Shown: in pieces, positions 1 through 13,608 of the stretch
How the letters are laid out: each line of letters begins with the position of its first letter
Numbering within the stretch: the first letter of the stretch is position 1
From: Mobula hypostoma
Lineage: Eukaryota
DNA: 64,000 bases
Assembly (NCBI RefSeq): GCF_963921235.1
Contig: NC_086101.1
Location: 75,330,001-75,394,000, forward strand
Direction of reading: 5' to 3'
Made by a program: the position numbers and the translations under genes
Notes under the pieces: model-generated
The model's database searches: none
What the model was told of the DNA's origin: nothing
The model's input: only the letters and a program-made list of their open reading frames with translations

Positions 1-40
1 TAATTCACATAGAATACAATTTTGCTGGATTGTTAGTTTT

Positions 41-290
41 TTAGAGATACGGCACGGTAACAGGCGCTTCCGGCCCAATGAGCCCATGCGGTCCAATTAC
101 ACACATGTGTCCAATTAACCTACTAACCTGAATGTCTTTGGACTGTGGGAGGAAACCAGGGCACCCGGAGGAAGCCCACATGGTCAGAGGGAGAACGTAC
201 AAACTCTCTTCAGGCAGTGGCAGGAATTGAACCCGTGTTGCCGCTGCTGTAAAGCGATGTGCTAACCTCTGTGCTTTCATGCCACCCCAC
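41..290 (-). mobile_element. tRNA-derived V-SINE (HE1-like)
   Basis: Minus strand: B-box gggttcaattcc followed by V-domain-like core tcctccgggtgccctggtttcctcccacagtccaaagac. Confidence 0.8.
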
Positions 291-1024
291 AAGGCATTTT
301 ATTTAGCACTGTGGTTATGTTACTGATTTAATGCTCCATTGGTGCTGGAAGCACAGTGATTCTTACGGACTGCCCTCAGTGCAATCCTCACTGATTTGAT
401 TTAATGCAAACGGTGTATTTTACTGTATGTTTTTATGTGTCAATGCACGTTTGGCAAATAAAGCTCATCCCTCTTTACTTTTAATCTTTGCATTAATGAT
501 CCATAAACTGGGATCCAACTACTCCCCCCGCCCCCCAAACCATCTGAGGTATTTACATTCAAGTGGTTAAATAAATTCAGTTACAAAGGTGGTGCTAGTG
601 ACCATGGAATTACTAGATACCTGGAATATAAAAGCATACAAAGAAAATGTGTTGCTCTTGCCAGGTCAGGCCAAAGTGAACACAGAATCAAAGCAAAGAT
701 TACATTACCTTTCGTTGTCCATGTACATCGAAACATACAGTGCCATGTGCCGTTTGCATCAAATCCAATCAGCAAGGATTGTGCCAGGGCCAGTCTGCAA
801 GTGTTGATCGGCAACATAGCATACCCACGGCTGACTATCTTTAGCCCTAATGGTACATTTTTGGAATGTGTGAGGAACCCACGCGGTCGCAGGGAGAACG
901 TACAAGACTGTGTCAGGAATCGAATCCTGTCCAGTGATTGCTGGCGCTATCTAGTGACTTCAGTAACTGCTACACTGGCAGACCTCTATATTCGTCTATC
1001 AATCCACTCAGTTCAATGTTCCAA

Positions 1025-1990
1025 TTTCAAAGTAAGTTTAGTATCAAAGTAGATGTATGTCACCATCTACAACCCTGAGATTCATTTTCCTGTGGGCATA
1101 CTCAGTAAATACAAGGAACACAATAGAATCAGTGAAAGACTGCACTCAACAGGACAAGCAACTGATGTGCAAAAGACAACAAAATATACAAATACAAACG
1201 TGGCCAAGTGGTTAAGGCATTGGACTAGTGACCTGAAGGTCATGAGTTCGAGCCCCAGCCCAGGAAACATGTTGTGTCCTTGAGCAAGGCACTTAATCAC
1301 ACATCGCTCTGCGACAACACTGGTGCCAAGCTGTATGGATCCTAATGCCCTTCCCTTGGACAACATTGGTGTCATGGAGAGGGGAGACTTGCAGCATGGG
1401 CAACTGCTGGTCTTCCATACAACCTTGCCCAAGTCTGTGCCCTGGAGAGTGAAGACTTTCCAGGTGCAGATCCATGGTCTCGTAAGACTAGTGGATGCCT
1501 TTACTTTACAAAAGAAAAGGAAAATAAATAACTAGGCAAAAAATGTTGAGAAAATGGGATGAACAGTCCTTGAAATGAGCCCATTGGTTGTGGGAACAGT
1601 TCAGTAATGGTGAAGGTGGCTGGTTGGTCTTTCATTAATCCTGTTTAATGTTACTATTCTATAGATTTCCTGAGTATGCACACAGGAAAATGAATCTCAA
1701 GGTTGATTATAGTGACATATATGTACTGTACTTTGACAATAGAATTTACTTTGAACTTTGAACTTTTGAGTGAAGTTATTCGCTCTGGTTCAAGAGCATG
1801 ATGGTTGAAGGGCTTGAGGCTCCCTGCACCACCTTCCTAATGGCAACGGTGAGAAGAGAGCATGACCTGGGAGGCGAGGGCCCTTGATAATTGATGCTGC
1901 TTTCCTGCAGAAGCACTCTGTGTAGATGTGCTCAATGTTGGGGAGGGCTTTACACGTGATGGACCACTTTTTATAAGATTTTCTGTTCAA
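1025..1990 (-). mobile_element. Rex1/L2-type LINE 3' fragments
   Basis: ORF 1790-1990 (-) RKAASIIKGP..PGHALFSPLP matches the C-terminus of this LINE type; similar tail copy at ~33282-33540. Confidence 0.65.
1199..1506 (+). mobile_element. tRNA-derived CORE-type SINE nested in a LINE 3' fragment
   Basis: A box tggccaagtgg, B box gagttcgagcc, ttgtgtccttgagcaaggcacttaa core, tttac tail; tacaaa TSD (1193-1198/1507-1512). Confidence 0.75.
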
Positions 1991-2783
1991 GGGCCAAATC
2001 TTTACAATAATTTATAACAAGAATAAATCTGACATTAGACTTGGACCGAACATAACCTTCTCAACCTTTACTAATATCTGGGGATATACCAACATTGGAA
2101 GAGTTGCTCAACAGAATAATTACAGAACAGCCTGATGTAAAAAGAAAAAATATTGGAAGCACTCATATCTTCTGTTTTCTTCTAATATACTTCCACCGTC
2201 TGCAGCTTTTGTCTTAGATTTTCAACCGCCTTATATAAAGTTTAAAGTATACCTATTTTGTATGCATACAATTATACAACCTTGAGATTCGTCTCCTTAC
2301 AGGCAGCCACAAAATAAAGGAGCCTATTAAAAAAAAAGATTGCCAAACACCCAATGTGCAGAGAAAGAGAGAGAAAAAACATTGTGTAAACAATAAAAGC
2401 AAGCAAACAGCATTCAGAATGAAAGTGAGTTCATAGACACAAAGCCCGGAGCAGACCACATCCTCATTCTCAGTTCACCCCCCACCCTTAATATCATATG
2501 TCACCTTGACTTCCAAATGTATCCGTATATCTTAATCATTAATATCTGAGAGCTTAGGATAATTACTGACCATGACAATGCTGTCCATATCTGATGATTT
2601 AATTTCAGAGTAAACGTTGATCCCAAAAATTCTGATATGGAACCCAAAGTCTGCTAAATACTAATCAGGCTAATATGTGTAAAGTTGTGACATAGTGCAC
2701 TGCATTGGGTTACAATTTATTATCTTTAGGTGGTTGTCCTGTATGTGAGATATAAAGCAATTGCTCTTTCTGTTCTTCCATAG

Positions 2784-2888
2784 AAACTTTACAGAGAGGA
2801 CTGGGATAAGGTGAAGAAGTCTATCAATTATCGCGCTGATGCTATGTCTATTCAAAGTGCAAAAGCTTCCAGAGATATTGCAAGTGAC
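2784..2888 (+). CDS. NEB: Nebulin exon (window exon 1), 35 aa KLYREDWDKVKK...AKASRDIASD
   Basis: ccatag|AAA acceptor, GAC|gtaagt donor; nebulin module ending SD; phase 0. Confidence 0.95.
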
Positions 2889-3229
2889 GTAAGTATTGAT
2901 GATGTGTGGCAATAGATTATAAAGGACCATTTTGACTCTGCAAAACTTGCAAAGGTCATTTCTAACAGAAACTTCAGCAGTTGAAGCTCACATAAAAGAT
3001 TCTTTTATCAGCATTATATCTTATTTGGATATTTCAGTTCTAGGTATTTAATTGTATTCACGGAAAGTTTGTGAGAGTTGATGGCTTTTCACTTTTCTCC
3101 TTCAGTGCCTTAAGAGTAGACCACATTTGATTCATTGGTGAAATGGAGGCCTATTGTAAGAGTTTGTATAAATGAGGTTTGACAGCTGTGCTATCAACTG
3201 TAAATTGTGTCATATTAAATTAAGTCAGT

Positions 3230-3790
3230 ATGATCACTTCATCGAGCACCTCCGCTTCATCTGCCAAAAGCGGAACTTCCCGATTACCAAACATTCCCAT
3301 TCCCATTCCTTCGTGTCGTTCCATGGCCTCCTCTTGCGCCAAGAGGAGGTCATCCTCAGGGTGGAGGAGCAACACCTTGTATTCCGTCTCAATAGCCTCT
3401 AATCTGATACAATGAATATCAATTTCTCCTTCCGGAAAAAAAAATTATTTTCCCTCTCCTTCCCCTCTTCTTCTATTCCCACCCTGGCCTCTTACCTTGT
3501 CTCACCTGCCTATTCCTCCTGCATCTCCTCCTCCTCCCCTTCTTCCTGTGGTCCACTCTTCTCTCCTATCAGATTAATTCCTCTCCAGCCCTTTACCTTC
3601 CCTATCCACTTAACTTCACCTACCACCTTCTAGCTATTCTCCTTTCCCTCCCCCTTCCTTTCCAATCCTGATGAAGGTTCGCGGCCCAAAACATCGTCTG
3701 TTTATTCAGCTCCAGAGATGCTGCCTGACCCGCTGAATTCCTCAACATTTTGTGTGTATTGCTCTGGATTTCCACCATCCACCTGTTTCT
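3230..3790 (+). mobile_element. Penelope-like element fragment (GIY-YIG C-terminus + pseudo-LTR)
   Basis: EHLR...LRVEEQHLVFRL peptide, pyrimidine-rich 3' region, degenerate hammerhead at 3663-3700. Confidence 0.75.
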
Positions 3791-5544
3791 GACTTCAACA
3801 CATAGAAGGCTTGAGTCGGTTGAATGTATGTAATACACAATGGAGAAAAAATATTCTGTCCAATTAGTCCATGCTGGCAATTATGTTTTGTAGAAGCTCT
3901 CACACATGCTTTGCATTTAGCCCAGTGAATTTTGCTTTCTATCCCTTCTTTTTCATAAATGGATCCAGTTTCTTGTTAAACGAAGCTAAACCAGAGATTT
4001 AAAAGCTTCTCATACTACTAACCAGCAAATGAAGCTGCTTGTGATTTAATTCTGGTCATGCTGTTACACCTGTCCTGCATTCTAGCTGATCACCACTCTG
4101 CCTTCACTTTCTTAAGAAATCCTAAACCCATATTACTTTTACTTTTTCCTTAATCGAACATACTCATATTTCTGTTATGTTTCTTGCAAATCATTTTTTC
4201 ATGCCTTCCTGCACCTCAGTATCCTTTTCATTAGCTAGAAACCTGAAATGCACAATATTCTCCAGTCTTAGCTAAACCTATGGCTTAATATTGGTTCAGA
4301 ATTAATTCCCTAATTCTCAATTCTAATATGTTAGAAATAAATACTGTTTCTGTTTGATGGTTTTGCTCCTTTACTTTTAGTAAAATATTAATTTCTTTAT
4401 GATGCAACATTTACTTTCTTAACATAGATAAGTAATGTGATCTCTTACCAAAATTCTACAAGACCATAAGACATTGGAGCAGAATTCAGCCTATTAAGTC
4501 TGCCCCACAATTTGATCATGGCTGATTTATTATCCTTGTCAGCCCGTTCTCCTGCCTTCTGCTCATAATTTTGACTCCCCTGCTAAGACGATAAGACCAT
4601 AAGACAAAGGAGTTGAATTGCACCACTCAGCCCAGTGAGTCTGCTAAGCATTCCATGATGGCTGAATTATTATCCCTCTCAGATTCTCCTGCCTTTGATG
4701 CCCTGACTAATCAAGAACCTATCAACCTCCTTTAAATATATCAATAACTTGGCCTCCACAGCCAATGTGACAATGAACTCCACAGATTCACCACTATCTG
4801 GCTGAAGAAATTCCTCCTCATCTCTGTTTTGATAGGCCCTCTGCTGCTAGACTCTCCCACTACAGTAAACAGCTTCTCCACATCCACTCAAAGTTCAGTA
4901 GGCTTCAATAAGAACCACCCCCCCCCAATATAATAACTCACAATTCAGTGTTTTGAAAATTTATGCCAACCTACCTTTCCTTGTACTCTGTTGTAGCCAT
5001 CTTTGGCATTAAGGTCTCAAAACTGGCCAATATGATATATTCTCCAGATATGTAAGTAGTGTTTTCTATTCCAAGTCAGAATGGATACTCTGTGGTAGCT
5101 GTTTTGTTCAAAGTAGTCAGCCTTAGCTACCATGTCCTCTAATATAACATTAGAAAATTATTTGAAAGTAACCATTGATCCAAACTGCTGCATTTATAGT
5201 GTTTTAATTATAAAAATAACCAACGTCCAACCATTATTTTAATTAACCCTGTGTTGCCATCAGCATCTAGCATGATGATTCTACCATTCTGATTGAGTCT
5301 GCAGGGGTATTTGTCAGAGCTTTTTCATGTTCATGAGGATTTGTAGATTAACTTTCCACTTGTATTCAGTTCTACACACTCAACCAAGGTTAAAATTCTC
5401 TCCAATAAAAGTTCCACAGAAGTTAAGCTAATATATGAATGTAGGGCTCAGTTTTTTTTATTTATATAATTTCTCCTCATTCCCTGGCACTTACCCCAAT
5501 AACTGAAGGGGAGGAGTAATAGCTGTCTCTTTATCTGTTCAGTG

Positions 5545-6130
5545 AGCATCATCCAGTGACATAAAAGCCCCACGAGGTGAGCCAGAAATTCACCTGCATC
5601 TCTTCCACTTTGGTGCAATTTATTCTGTGCTTTTGATGTGACCACCTCTACGCTGGTGAAACCAAGCACAGGCTTCTGTTTTGTGGGGTACCCACACTCT
5701 GTCTACAATGGCCATCTTGGATGTTTGGTTGCGTGTCATTTTAACCCTCCGTCCCATCCTCAAGCCAACCTATCTGTCATTAACCTTCAGCATTGCTACT
5801 CAGAGGTCAAATGCCAATTGGAAGAACAACATCTCCCATTTCGCTTGGATAACTTAACAACTCAGTGGTATGAATATTCAAAGTTTCAATTTCAGGTAGC
5901 CAATGCCCCCAGTGCTCTCCTTCTACACACACCCATCCAACTTGTATTCCTCTTGCTTTCTTCAACTTTTTCCAACCCTCTCCTCAGCAGGTTCCTTCTG
6001 CCCATCATCTGGTCTTCAATTTGTTCCACCATCGCTTACCATCCTCTGTAGGAACTCTTCATCTGCCACGCTTCAATCTGCCCTCAATCCCCTCCTCATC
6101 TGGTTCCACCTGTCACCTACGAACCTGTAC
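5545..6130 (+). mobile_element. Older Penelope-like GIY-YIG fragment
   Basis: LVACHFNPPSH...LEEQHLPFRL in ORF 5638-6051. Confidence 0.65.
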
Positions 6131-6412
6131 CTAAAGCTCTCCATACACTTGCAAACCTTTGTATTGTTTCTTAGTCCTGGTATGAATGTTGTTCTTTCCG
6201 CATTCAGATTGTTGTTCCAAAGTCTCAGAGTTCATCATTCTAATCATAATTGTACAGTATTAGACACTACAATTCCTGATTTGGCAGGAAACCTTTGCAT
6301 TTAAAGACAACAAACCTATTTAAAATTGGCATTAACTATCCAGTTTTTGAAGTGAACAGTTCAGAAAAAGAAACTCAATAAATACTTTGTACTAATTTTA
6401 AAATATTATCAC

Positions 6413-6797
6413 CATCATCATTATGTGCCATTTCATATGACGTGGGTGATCATGATCTTTTAACCATGTTTGTTCCTGGCGAATTTTTCAACCAAAGCAG
6501 TCTGCCATTTCTTACTTCAGGGCAGTGACTTTACAAGACAGGTAACCCAAACAATTATCAATATTCTTTAGGGATTGCCTGCTTGGCGTCAGTGGTCGCA
6601 TAACCCGGACTTGTGATATGCACCAGCTGTTCATATAGGCATCCACCATCTCCTCCCATGGCTTTACATGAACCTGATTGGGGGGGCGGGGGAGGGCTAA
6701 GCAGATGTTACACCTTGCCCAAGGGTGACCTGGAGGCTAGTGGAAGGGAGAAGCACTTTACACCATTTTTGGTAGAGATGTGTCTCCACCCCGCCAT
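6413..6797 (-). mobile_element. RTE-tailed SINE family A, copy 1 (others 38098-38475, 62945-63297)
   Basis: Three ~370-bp homologous copies; minus-strand 3' part resembles BovB/RTE-type gaagaaggcaatggcaaac...ttgccaag and ends in (TGA)n. Confidence 0.7.
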
Positions 6798-7259
6798 ATA
6801 AAAATATATAAATATATATCACATCCACATCAAAGCGTATAGGGAAATGCATCATTGCAGCAAATCAAATCAGTGAGCATTGTGCTGGGCAGCTCACAAG
6901 AGTCCCCACCCTTCCGATGCCAATGTATCATGCCCACAATTCACTACCTCTAACCACACACCTTTGAGACGTGGCCGGAAACCGGACAATCCAGAGGAAA
7001 CGAATGTTGTCATGGAGAGAACTGATAAAACTCCATGGAGACAGCAACAGAATTGAATGTGAGTGGTTGGCTCTGTACTAGCATTACATCTCAGCTACAC
7101 TACCATGTCACCGTGGTACATTGTGCCAACGTCACTCAACCTGAGTAACTTTTCAATTACACCATAAACTTAAAACAACTAGTAAGGAGTAAGGACAGCA
7201 TGTCTACTTTAGAATAAAGTGCTAATAATGATTGATGTGATTATACTATTTCTTCACAG

Positions 7260-7571
7260 TATAAGTATAAAGAATTATATCGCAGTCAGCTTGGGCACCT
7301 TGTTGGATGTCGTGACATCTATGATGATCCCAAGATGGTCTGGTCGATGCATACAACCAAGATGCAGAGTGACAGGGAGTACAAGAAGGACTATCAGAAA
7401 AACAAAGCCAAGTTCACTATGCCAGTGGACATGCTGGAAATCTTGGCGGCCAAGAAATGCCAGAACCTGGTCAGTGACATTGACTACAGACATTACCTGC
7501 ACCAGTGGACCTGCCTCCCAGACCAGCATGATCTGATCCAAGCAAAGAAAGCCTATGAGTTGCAGAGCGAC
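7260..7571 (+). CDS. NEB: Nebulin exon 2, 312 nt/104 aa (3 modules) YKYKELYRSQLGHL...YELQSD
   Basis: tcacag| and |gtaagt; DDPKMVW, SDREYK, SDIDYRHYLHQWTCLPDQ motifs. Confidence 0.97.
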
Positions 7572-8731
7572 GTAAGTACAGCGAGATGTTGGAGTTTACA
7601 TTCCTATGACTCGTTATTCCATTCTGAACAATAATTTTCTGTGCCAGCAGCTCCAGATATTAAACAGGGTGGAGCTTGAAACTGTCACACAGTGATGAAC
7701 TGTTATAAATGCTTATTGCATTTGGTAGGAAAAATTTTCTGTTGTGTGACAGCAAAGCTGAATGAGTATTTCAAAAGGTGCTCTGCTGCTTACTCAGTAG
7801 ATCATGGAGAGGATGTGCCAGACTGTCCCATGATGGATAACAGTTTGTTTAGTGACCTCCTGCCACCACTAACTCAAAAGAGTCTGGGTTGTAGCCAAGG
7901 ACGGATCCAGCCTATTTGATTTTAATTTCAGAGGGCAACTCTTTCCCACCCTCCTTTGTGCTGAATACTCAAAGATTGTTCCATTGCAACTAATAATGAT
8001 GTGACTTAAACAAATACCCCAACTTTATGGAATGCTGGCCATGTGTGATGACTTTCTCTCAGCACAGTTGGGAGAGCTATGAAAATGAGAGTACTTAACT
8101 ATGTTACTATGGATCTGAAGTTAGATAAAGACCAGAGTAGTAATGGAACCAGATTTTCTTTCTTGAAGGACTTCAGTGAACTATATGGAATTTTATAATC
8201 CTAAATTTATTGGTCACCATATGTATAGTTTATATAACGTACTGGATTTAAATTCTCCAGCTATAAAAATATTTGAATTTGTATCTCCAGCTCATTAGTC
8301 CAGGGTTCTGGTCTACTAAGCTATTAACTTAATCACATGTGCCTATAAGATCAATTGAAGATTTAGGATCTTACTGTGATTGGTGCTCTGTCAACAGGGT
8401 ATCTACTGAGACCACTCAGTATTTCAGAGTCAGTGTACCAATCACATGGCTGGATTATAATTTTTTGTGTGTAAATGATAACATATTGTCTGCAGTTTAA
8501 ATGTTCACCAATGAACTGAACTTTCCAAAAATGGGAGAAGGAAATTTGGTCAATAAATCATTTGTTCATCCCTGTTCTGAATACAAAACAGCATTACCAA
8601 GAGTCAGGGAAAAGAAGATCAGTATAAACATGTTTTTCACACAGAGAATGATAGATGTCCAGAATGTACTGCCAGGGTCCATGCTGGAAGCATTCAGACA
8701 GACACATAAACATGTAGAGAATGCAGGATTA

Positions 8732-9281
8732 CAGATTACTCTGAAAAATTCTTAGGCACATATATATACCTTAGACTTTTGCGCCATACTGTATTTTTCA
8801 ATCTGGAGTGAAGGGTGAGTTTGTAAATCTGGCAGGAGTAAAGGATGTTGGGATGATGAGGGTGGAGTGCCACAGGAGGGGTGTGGGACAGGTGGCAGAG
8901 GAGGAGTGCCGGGGTGGGGGTGGTATGGATTCAGACACACCCAGACCTGAGACACCAGGCAAGGCAATTTGATTCCAAACAATTGGTTTATTGATCATTA
9001 CAGAATGTCTCTCTGATGCTTCCTGCTCCCTCCCCTCTCCCTTACCCCTTTCCCAATCATGATTCCCCTGTCCCTGCCCCCTTCCCATTCTCAGTCCACA
9101 ATAGAGACCCATATCAGTATCAAGGTTTATCATCATTCACATATGTCATGAACTTGTTTTTTTTGAGACTGCGTTACAGTGCAATACATAAAATTACTAC
9201 AGTCCTGTGCAGAAGTCTTAGGCACTCAAATGATTATATATATATATATATATCATGTATGTCTAAGATTTTGCACAGTAC
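8732..9281 (+). mobile_element. Composite non-autonomous Tc1-like element, copy 1
   Basis: cagtactgtgcaaaagtcttaggcac-type TIR word forms a hairpin at each end; core homologous to 34312-34851 (inverted) and 55867-56378. Confidence 0.75.
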
Positions 9282-9407
9282 CACAGATCATGTGCAGGTA
9301 GATGTGACTAGTTTCATTTTGTACAGCACAGATATTATGGGGTCCGTCCTGTGATATGCAGCTCTGTGTTTTATATAAATTGACGATTTTCTTTTCATTT
9401 GATTCAG

Positions 9408-9512
9408 GTTCTTTACAAATGCGATATGGACTGGATGCGTGGCATTGGATGGATCCCTACAGATTCCATCGATGTTAAAAAAGTAAAACATGCCCAGGAT
9501 ATCTTAAGCGAT
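9408..9512 (+). CDS. NEB: Nebulin exon 3, VLYKCDMDWMRGIGWIP...ILSD
   Basis: ttcag| and |gtaagt; WLKGIGW-type super-repeat motif. Confidence 0.97.
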
Positions 9513-10010
9513 GTAAGTTTGTGAGATCCTTTTCTGTGTTTGAGCTGTCACATTCAAGCAATTCAAGATTGTTTAATGGTTAGTGTCAATTGTAGAGGAG
9601 ATTGAAATAATTGTTACTCAAGATTCAATGCAGCACATTAGAAACTCAATTAGATAAAGAGCACCATAATAAAAAAACACACAATAAATATAAATACATA
9701 AGATAGCTTACGCACATATACTGTATAGATTGTATGAGTGTAAAGTGACACTAGGCACATTACATAAACCAAAAAATGTTTTTCTTAATTAATCAGTATT
9801 TTTATATCTCTTAAACTATTTCCATGAAACTTTGGTTGATGAGGACAGCCACTTAATTAGGCCAAGATGTACTAGTCCCAATGTATCCCATTTAACTGGA
9901 ATCTACTGAATTGATTGGGGAAACCTAACATGAATTTGTTGTTTTTATTTTTATGTCTGATGAGACAAAATGCTGTTAATATGATGCATGAACTGTTACA
10001 ACATGCATCT

Positions 10011-11418
10011 ATATAAAACACAAAATAATTGATTGCATAAGTATTTACACTCTTTAAAGTGACACACCAAATCTTCACCGGTGCAGCCAATTAGTCTTAG
10101 AAGTCACATGATTAGTTAAATGGAGATTGCTGTGTGCAGTCAATATGTTTCAGTTGATTGTAGTAAAAATACACCAGTACCTGGAAGGTCCAACTGCTGA
10201 TGAGTCAATATCCTGACAAAAACTACACCATGGAAACAAAAGAATACTCCAAACAACTCCCCAAAAAGCAAATTGAAAAGCATGTCAGGAGATGGGTGCA
10301 AGAAAATTTCCAAGTCACTGAATATCCCGTGGAGTATAGTTGCATCAGTCATCGAGAAATGGAAAGAATATGGCACAGCTGTAAATCTGCCTAGAGCAGA
10401 CAGGCCTCGAAAACTGAGTGACTGTGCAAGAACAGGTCGAGTGAGGGAGGCCACCAAGACACCTATGACAATTCTAGAGGAGTTACAAGCTTCAGTGGCT
10501 GAGATGGGAGAGACTGCACATACAACAACAGTTGCCCGGGTGCTTCTCAGCTTTATGGGAGAATGGCAAAAAGAAAGCCACGTTGAAAAAACGCACATGA
10601 GATATCGGCTGGAGTTTCAGAGAATCTGAAGTCAACTGGAAGAAGGTTCTATGGTCCAATGAAACCAAAATCGAGCTTTTTGGCCATCAGACTAAATGCT
10701 ATGTTTGTTGTAAGCCAAACAACATACATCATTAAAAACACACCATTCCTACGATAAAGCATGATGGTGGCTACATCATGCTGTGGGGATGCTTCACTGC
10801 AGCAGCCTGGAAGGCTTGCGAAGGTGGAGGGTAAAATAAATGCAGGAAAATACAGGGAAAACCTGATGCAGTCTACAAGAGAACTGTGACTTGGGAGAAG
10901 ATTTGCTTTCCAGCAAGACAATGACCCCAAGCATAAAGCCAAAACTACACAGGAATGGCTTAAAAACAACAAAATTAATGTCCTGGAACAGCCAAGTCAG
11001 AGTCCAGACCTCAGTCCAAATGAGAATTTGTGGCTGGACTTGAAAAGGGCTGTTCACTCACAATCCCCTTGCAATCTGACAGAGCTTGAGCACTTTTGTA
11101 AAGAAGAATGGAGAAAAATTGCAGTGTCTAGAGTGCAAAGCTGATAGAGACCTATCCACACAGACTCAAGCCTGTAATTGCTGCTAAAGGTGCATCTACT
11201 AAATACTGACTTGAAGGGGTTGAGTACTTAAGCCATCAATTAATTTATGTTTTATATTTGCAATTAATTTAGAGATCCGTTTTCACTTTGACAGGCAAGA
11301 GTCTTTTTCTGTTAATCAGGATATAAAAAAAACAAATTAAATCCATTGTGATTCAATGTTGTAAAACAATAAAACATGAAAACTTCCAAGGGAGGGTAAA
11401 TACTTTTTATAGGCACGG
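10011..11418 (+). mobile_element. Decayed Tc1 transposon (left TIR truncated)
   Basis: Frameshifted transposase: [41 protein letters not shown]; 10011-10050 is an inverted match to 11217-11257; right end aggcacgg|TA. Confidence 0.9.
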
Positions 11419-11697
11419 TATATAGAGCCAACTTGGGACTTAATTGTCTAAATGGTTTCTTTCTGTCATTCGATAGTTATTATCCTCACTGTTTGGGTAG
11501 TAGACTTGCATACTTGGCAATGGACAGTTGAGCTACAATCCAGGGTCCCTGTCTGCATATTATAGAGGAAGTATATTAAAGGAAGGATATAAAAAGATTT
11601 GCAAGAATGATTCCAGAAATGAAAGCTATTAAGTACCAAGAAAGATTAAATAAGCAAGAATTCTGATCTCTTAAAATTAAAAAAATGATGATTGTAC

Positions 11698-11938
11698 TGA
11701 TGCACTATCAATTACTCCAAAAGACTGGAAGTAGAGTAAATACTGAAAGGCTTTTATTAACAGTAAATGGACACACGTCCATGCAGAATATCTGTCCTGG
11801 ACTGTGGGAGGAGCAGTGACACAATCGCCTTTATTCAGGGGTCTGTGGGAGGAGCCACAGCAGCAGTCAGCAGAGGGGCGTGTCCAGGCATGTCCAGACA
11901 GGTAACCCAGTTACAACCTATATACATGGTTTACCACA
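11698..11938 (-). mobile_element. Solo LTR, 241 bp
   Basis: TG...CA ends, 5-bp TSD TGTAC (11693-11697/11939-11943); inverted homolog of 31260-31490. Confidence 0.85.
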
Positions 11939-12720
11939 TGTACTAAAAAAAGATCTTTAAGATAATGAAATGTAGGGAAAACATCAACTGGTCCAGTAGT
12001 TCAAGAGAAAGGAAGAAATAAAAAGAGGTCAATAAAATAGTTAGAAGTGAACCGGACATCACCAGCAGTGATTGAATCAAATAGGATAGCTGGATTTAAG
12101 AGGCTAGATATGCATAGGCAGGGAGAAAGAGAAGGGTTGAATGTTCTAGGATGTGAGGAGCAAGAGTTAGATCAGGTAGTCTGCCTTTTGTATTCCGCTC
12201 ACAGTACCACCTCACGTATTGTGCAATACCTGCAAAGTTGCAATTGCTCAAGGGCAAAGCTTTTACTCTCAAAATTACTGTTTGAGGGAATGAGTGAGCG
12301 TACATCAGGGAAGAAAAGAGGATGGGTCGGAATGTGACCACAGGCAGCAACCAGACATCTGCTGCACAGAACAATGGTAACAAGTTAGCCTATATATTTG
12401 AATGATGTATGGAAACTTGATAGTGACCAGCTAATGCTTACATTTTCTAGTTTTAACATTGCACATATGAATGCTTTAAAATAGTGAACGAAAACAATTG
12501 GAGTGTATCAGGTGAATAATTATCTTTACAGGTAATTGAACAAATTCAGCAATGAATGATCCTTCTAATGTGGATTTGTTCATGAATTGTATAATTATTA
12601 GTAAGTAGGTCATCTAATCATGAAGCAGGTTCACTGTATCAAACTTGCATAGTTTTGTAGCAGCAATAGAAAATATTTCACCTGTACTTTTACTGACCTC
12701 TATTATCCTGTCTTCACCAG

Positions 12721-12819
12721 AGAAACTATCGGATTAAAGTGGACAGCCTTGCATTTACACCTGTGACTGACAGATTTGATTATGTTGCTGCCAAACAAAG
12801 TGGGGCAATCCTGAACGAT
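12721..12819 (+). CDS. NEB: Nebulin exon 4, 33 aa RNYRIKVDSLAFTPVTDRFDYVAAKQSGAILND
   Basis: caccag| and |gttagt; open frame, nebulin module. Confidence 0.93.
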
Positions 12820-12914
12820 GTTAGTATACGTTCTCTCACTTTGGAAACAACATTTTAAAAACTGGAACCATTAGGCTGAACTGTTTCACACAAATTTTCC
12901 CTTTCACTGCATAG

Positions 12915-13016
12915 AAAAAATACCGTGAGGAATGGAATGCCATTAAGACAAACTACACCCTGGTCGATACACCTACGATGGAGGCAGCACGGAATGCTGC
13001 TAAGAACTTGAATGAA
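12915..13016 (+). CDS. NEB: Nebulin exon 5, 34 aa KKYREEWNAIKTNYTLVDTP...LNE
   Basis: gcatag| and |gtaagt; xxY[RK] start and DTP motif. Confidence 0.94.
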
Positions 13017-13289
13017 GTAAGTAGCACGTGGGCACGCCCAGATTTTATTTTGGACTTCTTTGTCATAGTTGGATCACAGTCTGACTCCTCAATCAAGTCA
13101 TAATCCTTATGTATATTCCAGTAGGTTTAAGGCCATCCATATTCTCTAAAATGAGGGATTATTAACAGCTATCATATACCGTAAAAACTTAAAAATCTTC
13201 AAAATTATGGTTTGGAAGCTGATGGAGACTAAATAGCAATGCAGAAGAAAGGTGAAATTTTGACAAAAGTTGATGCTTTTCTCTGATAA

Positions 13290-13608
13290 TATTTATTTAT
13301 TTATGTATTGATTGATTGACCAATTGATTGATTGAGATACAGTGCGGAATAGGCTCTTCCAGCCCTTCAAGTCAAGCTGCCTGGAAATCCCCCCGATATC
13401 ACCCTGGCCTAATCACGGGACAGTTTTCAATAATCAATTGACCTACCAACCGGTACGTCTTTGAACTGTGGGAGGAATCTGGAGCGCCCAGAGGAAACTC
13501 AAGTCGTCACAGGGAGAACGTACAAACACCTTACAGGCAATGCCGGGAACTGAACCCGGGGCGCTTGTGCTGTAGAGCGTTGTGCTAACCACGACACCAC
13601 CGTGCCCT
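13290..13608 (-). mobile_element. V-SINE (HE1-like)
   Basis: Same core as 41-290; (ATTT)/(ATTG) tail on + strand. Confidence 0.8.

Noticed and set aside
1199-1262. tRNA gene
   Set aside because: A and B boxes are present but there is no full cloverleaf and it continues into a SINE body with tail and TSD.
3663-3700. Hammerhead copies at 3663, 18213, 60528 and the partial one at ~46238 as active ribozymes
   Set aside because: GAAA is mutated to AAAA, or the CUGA core is altered or missing; counted only as relics.
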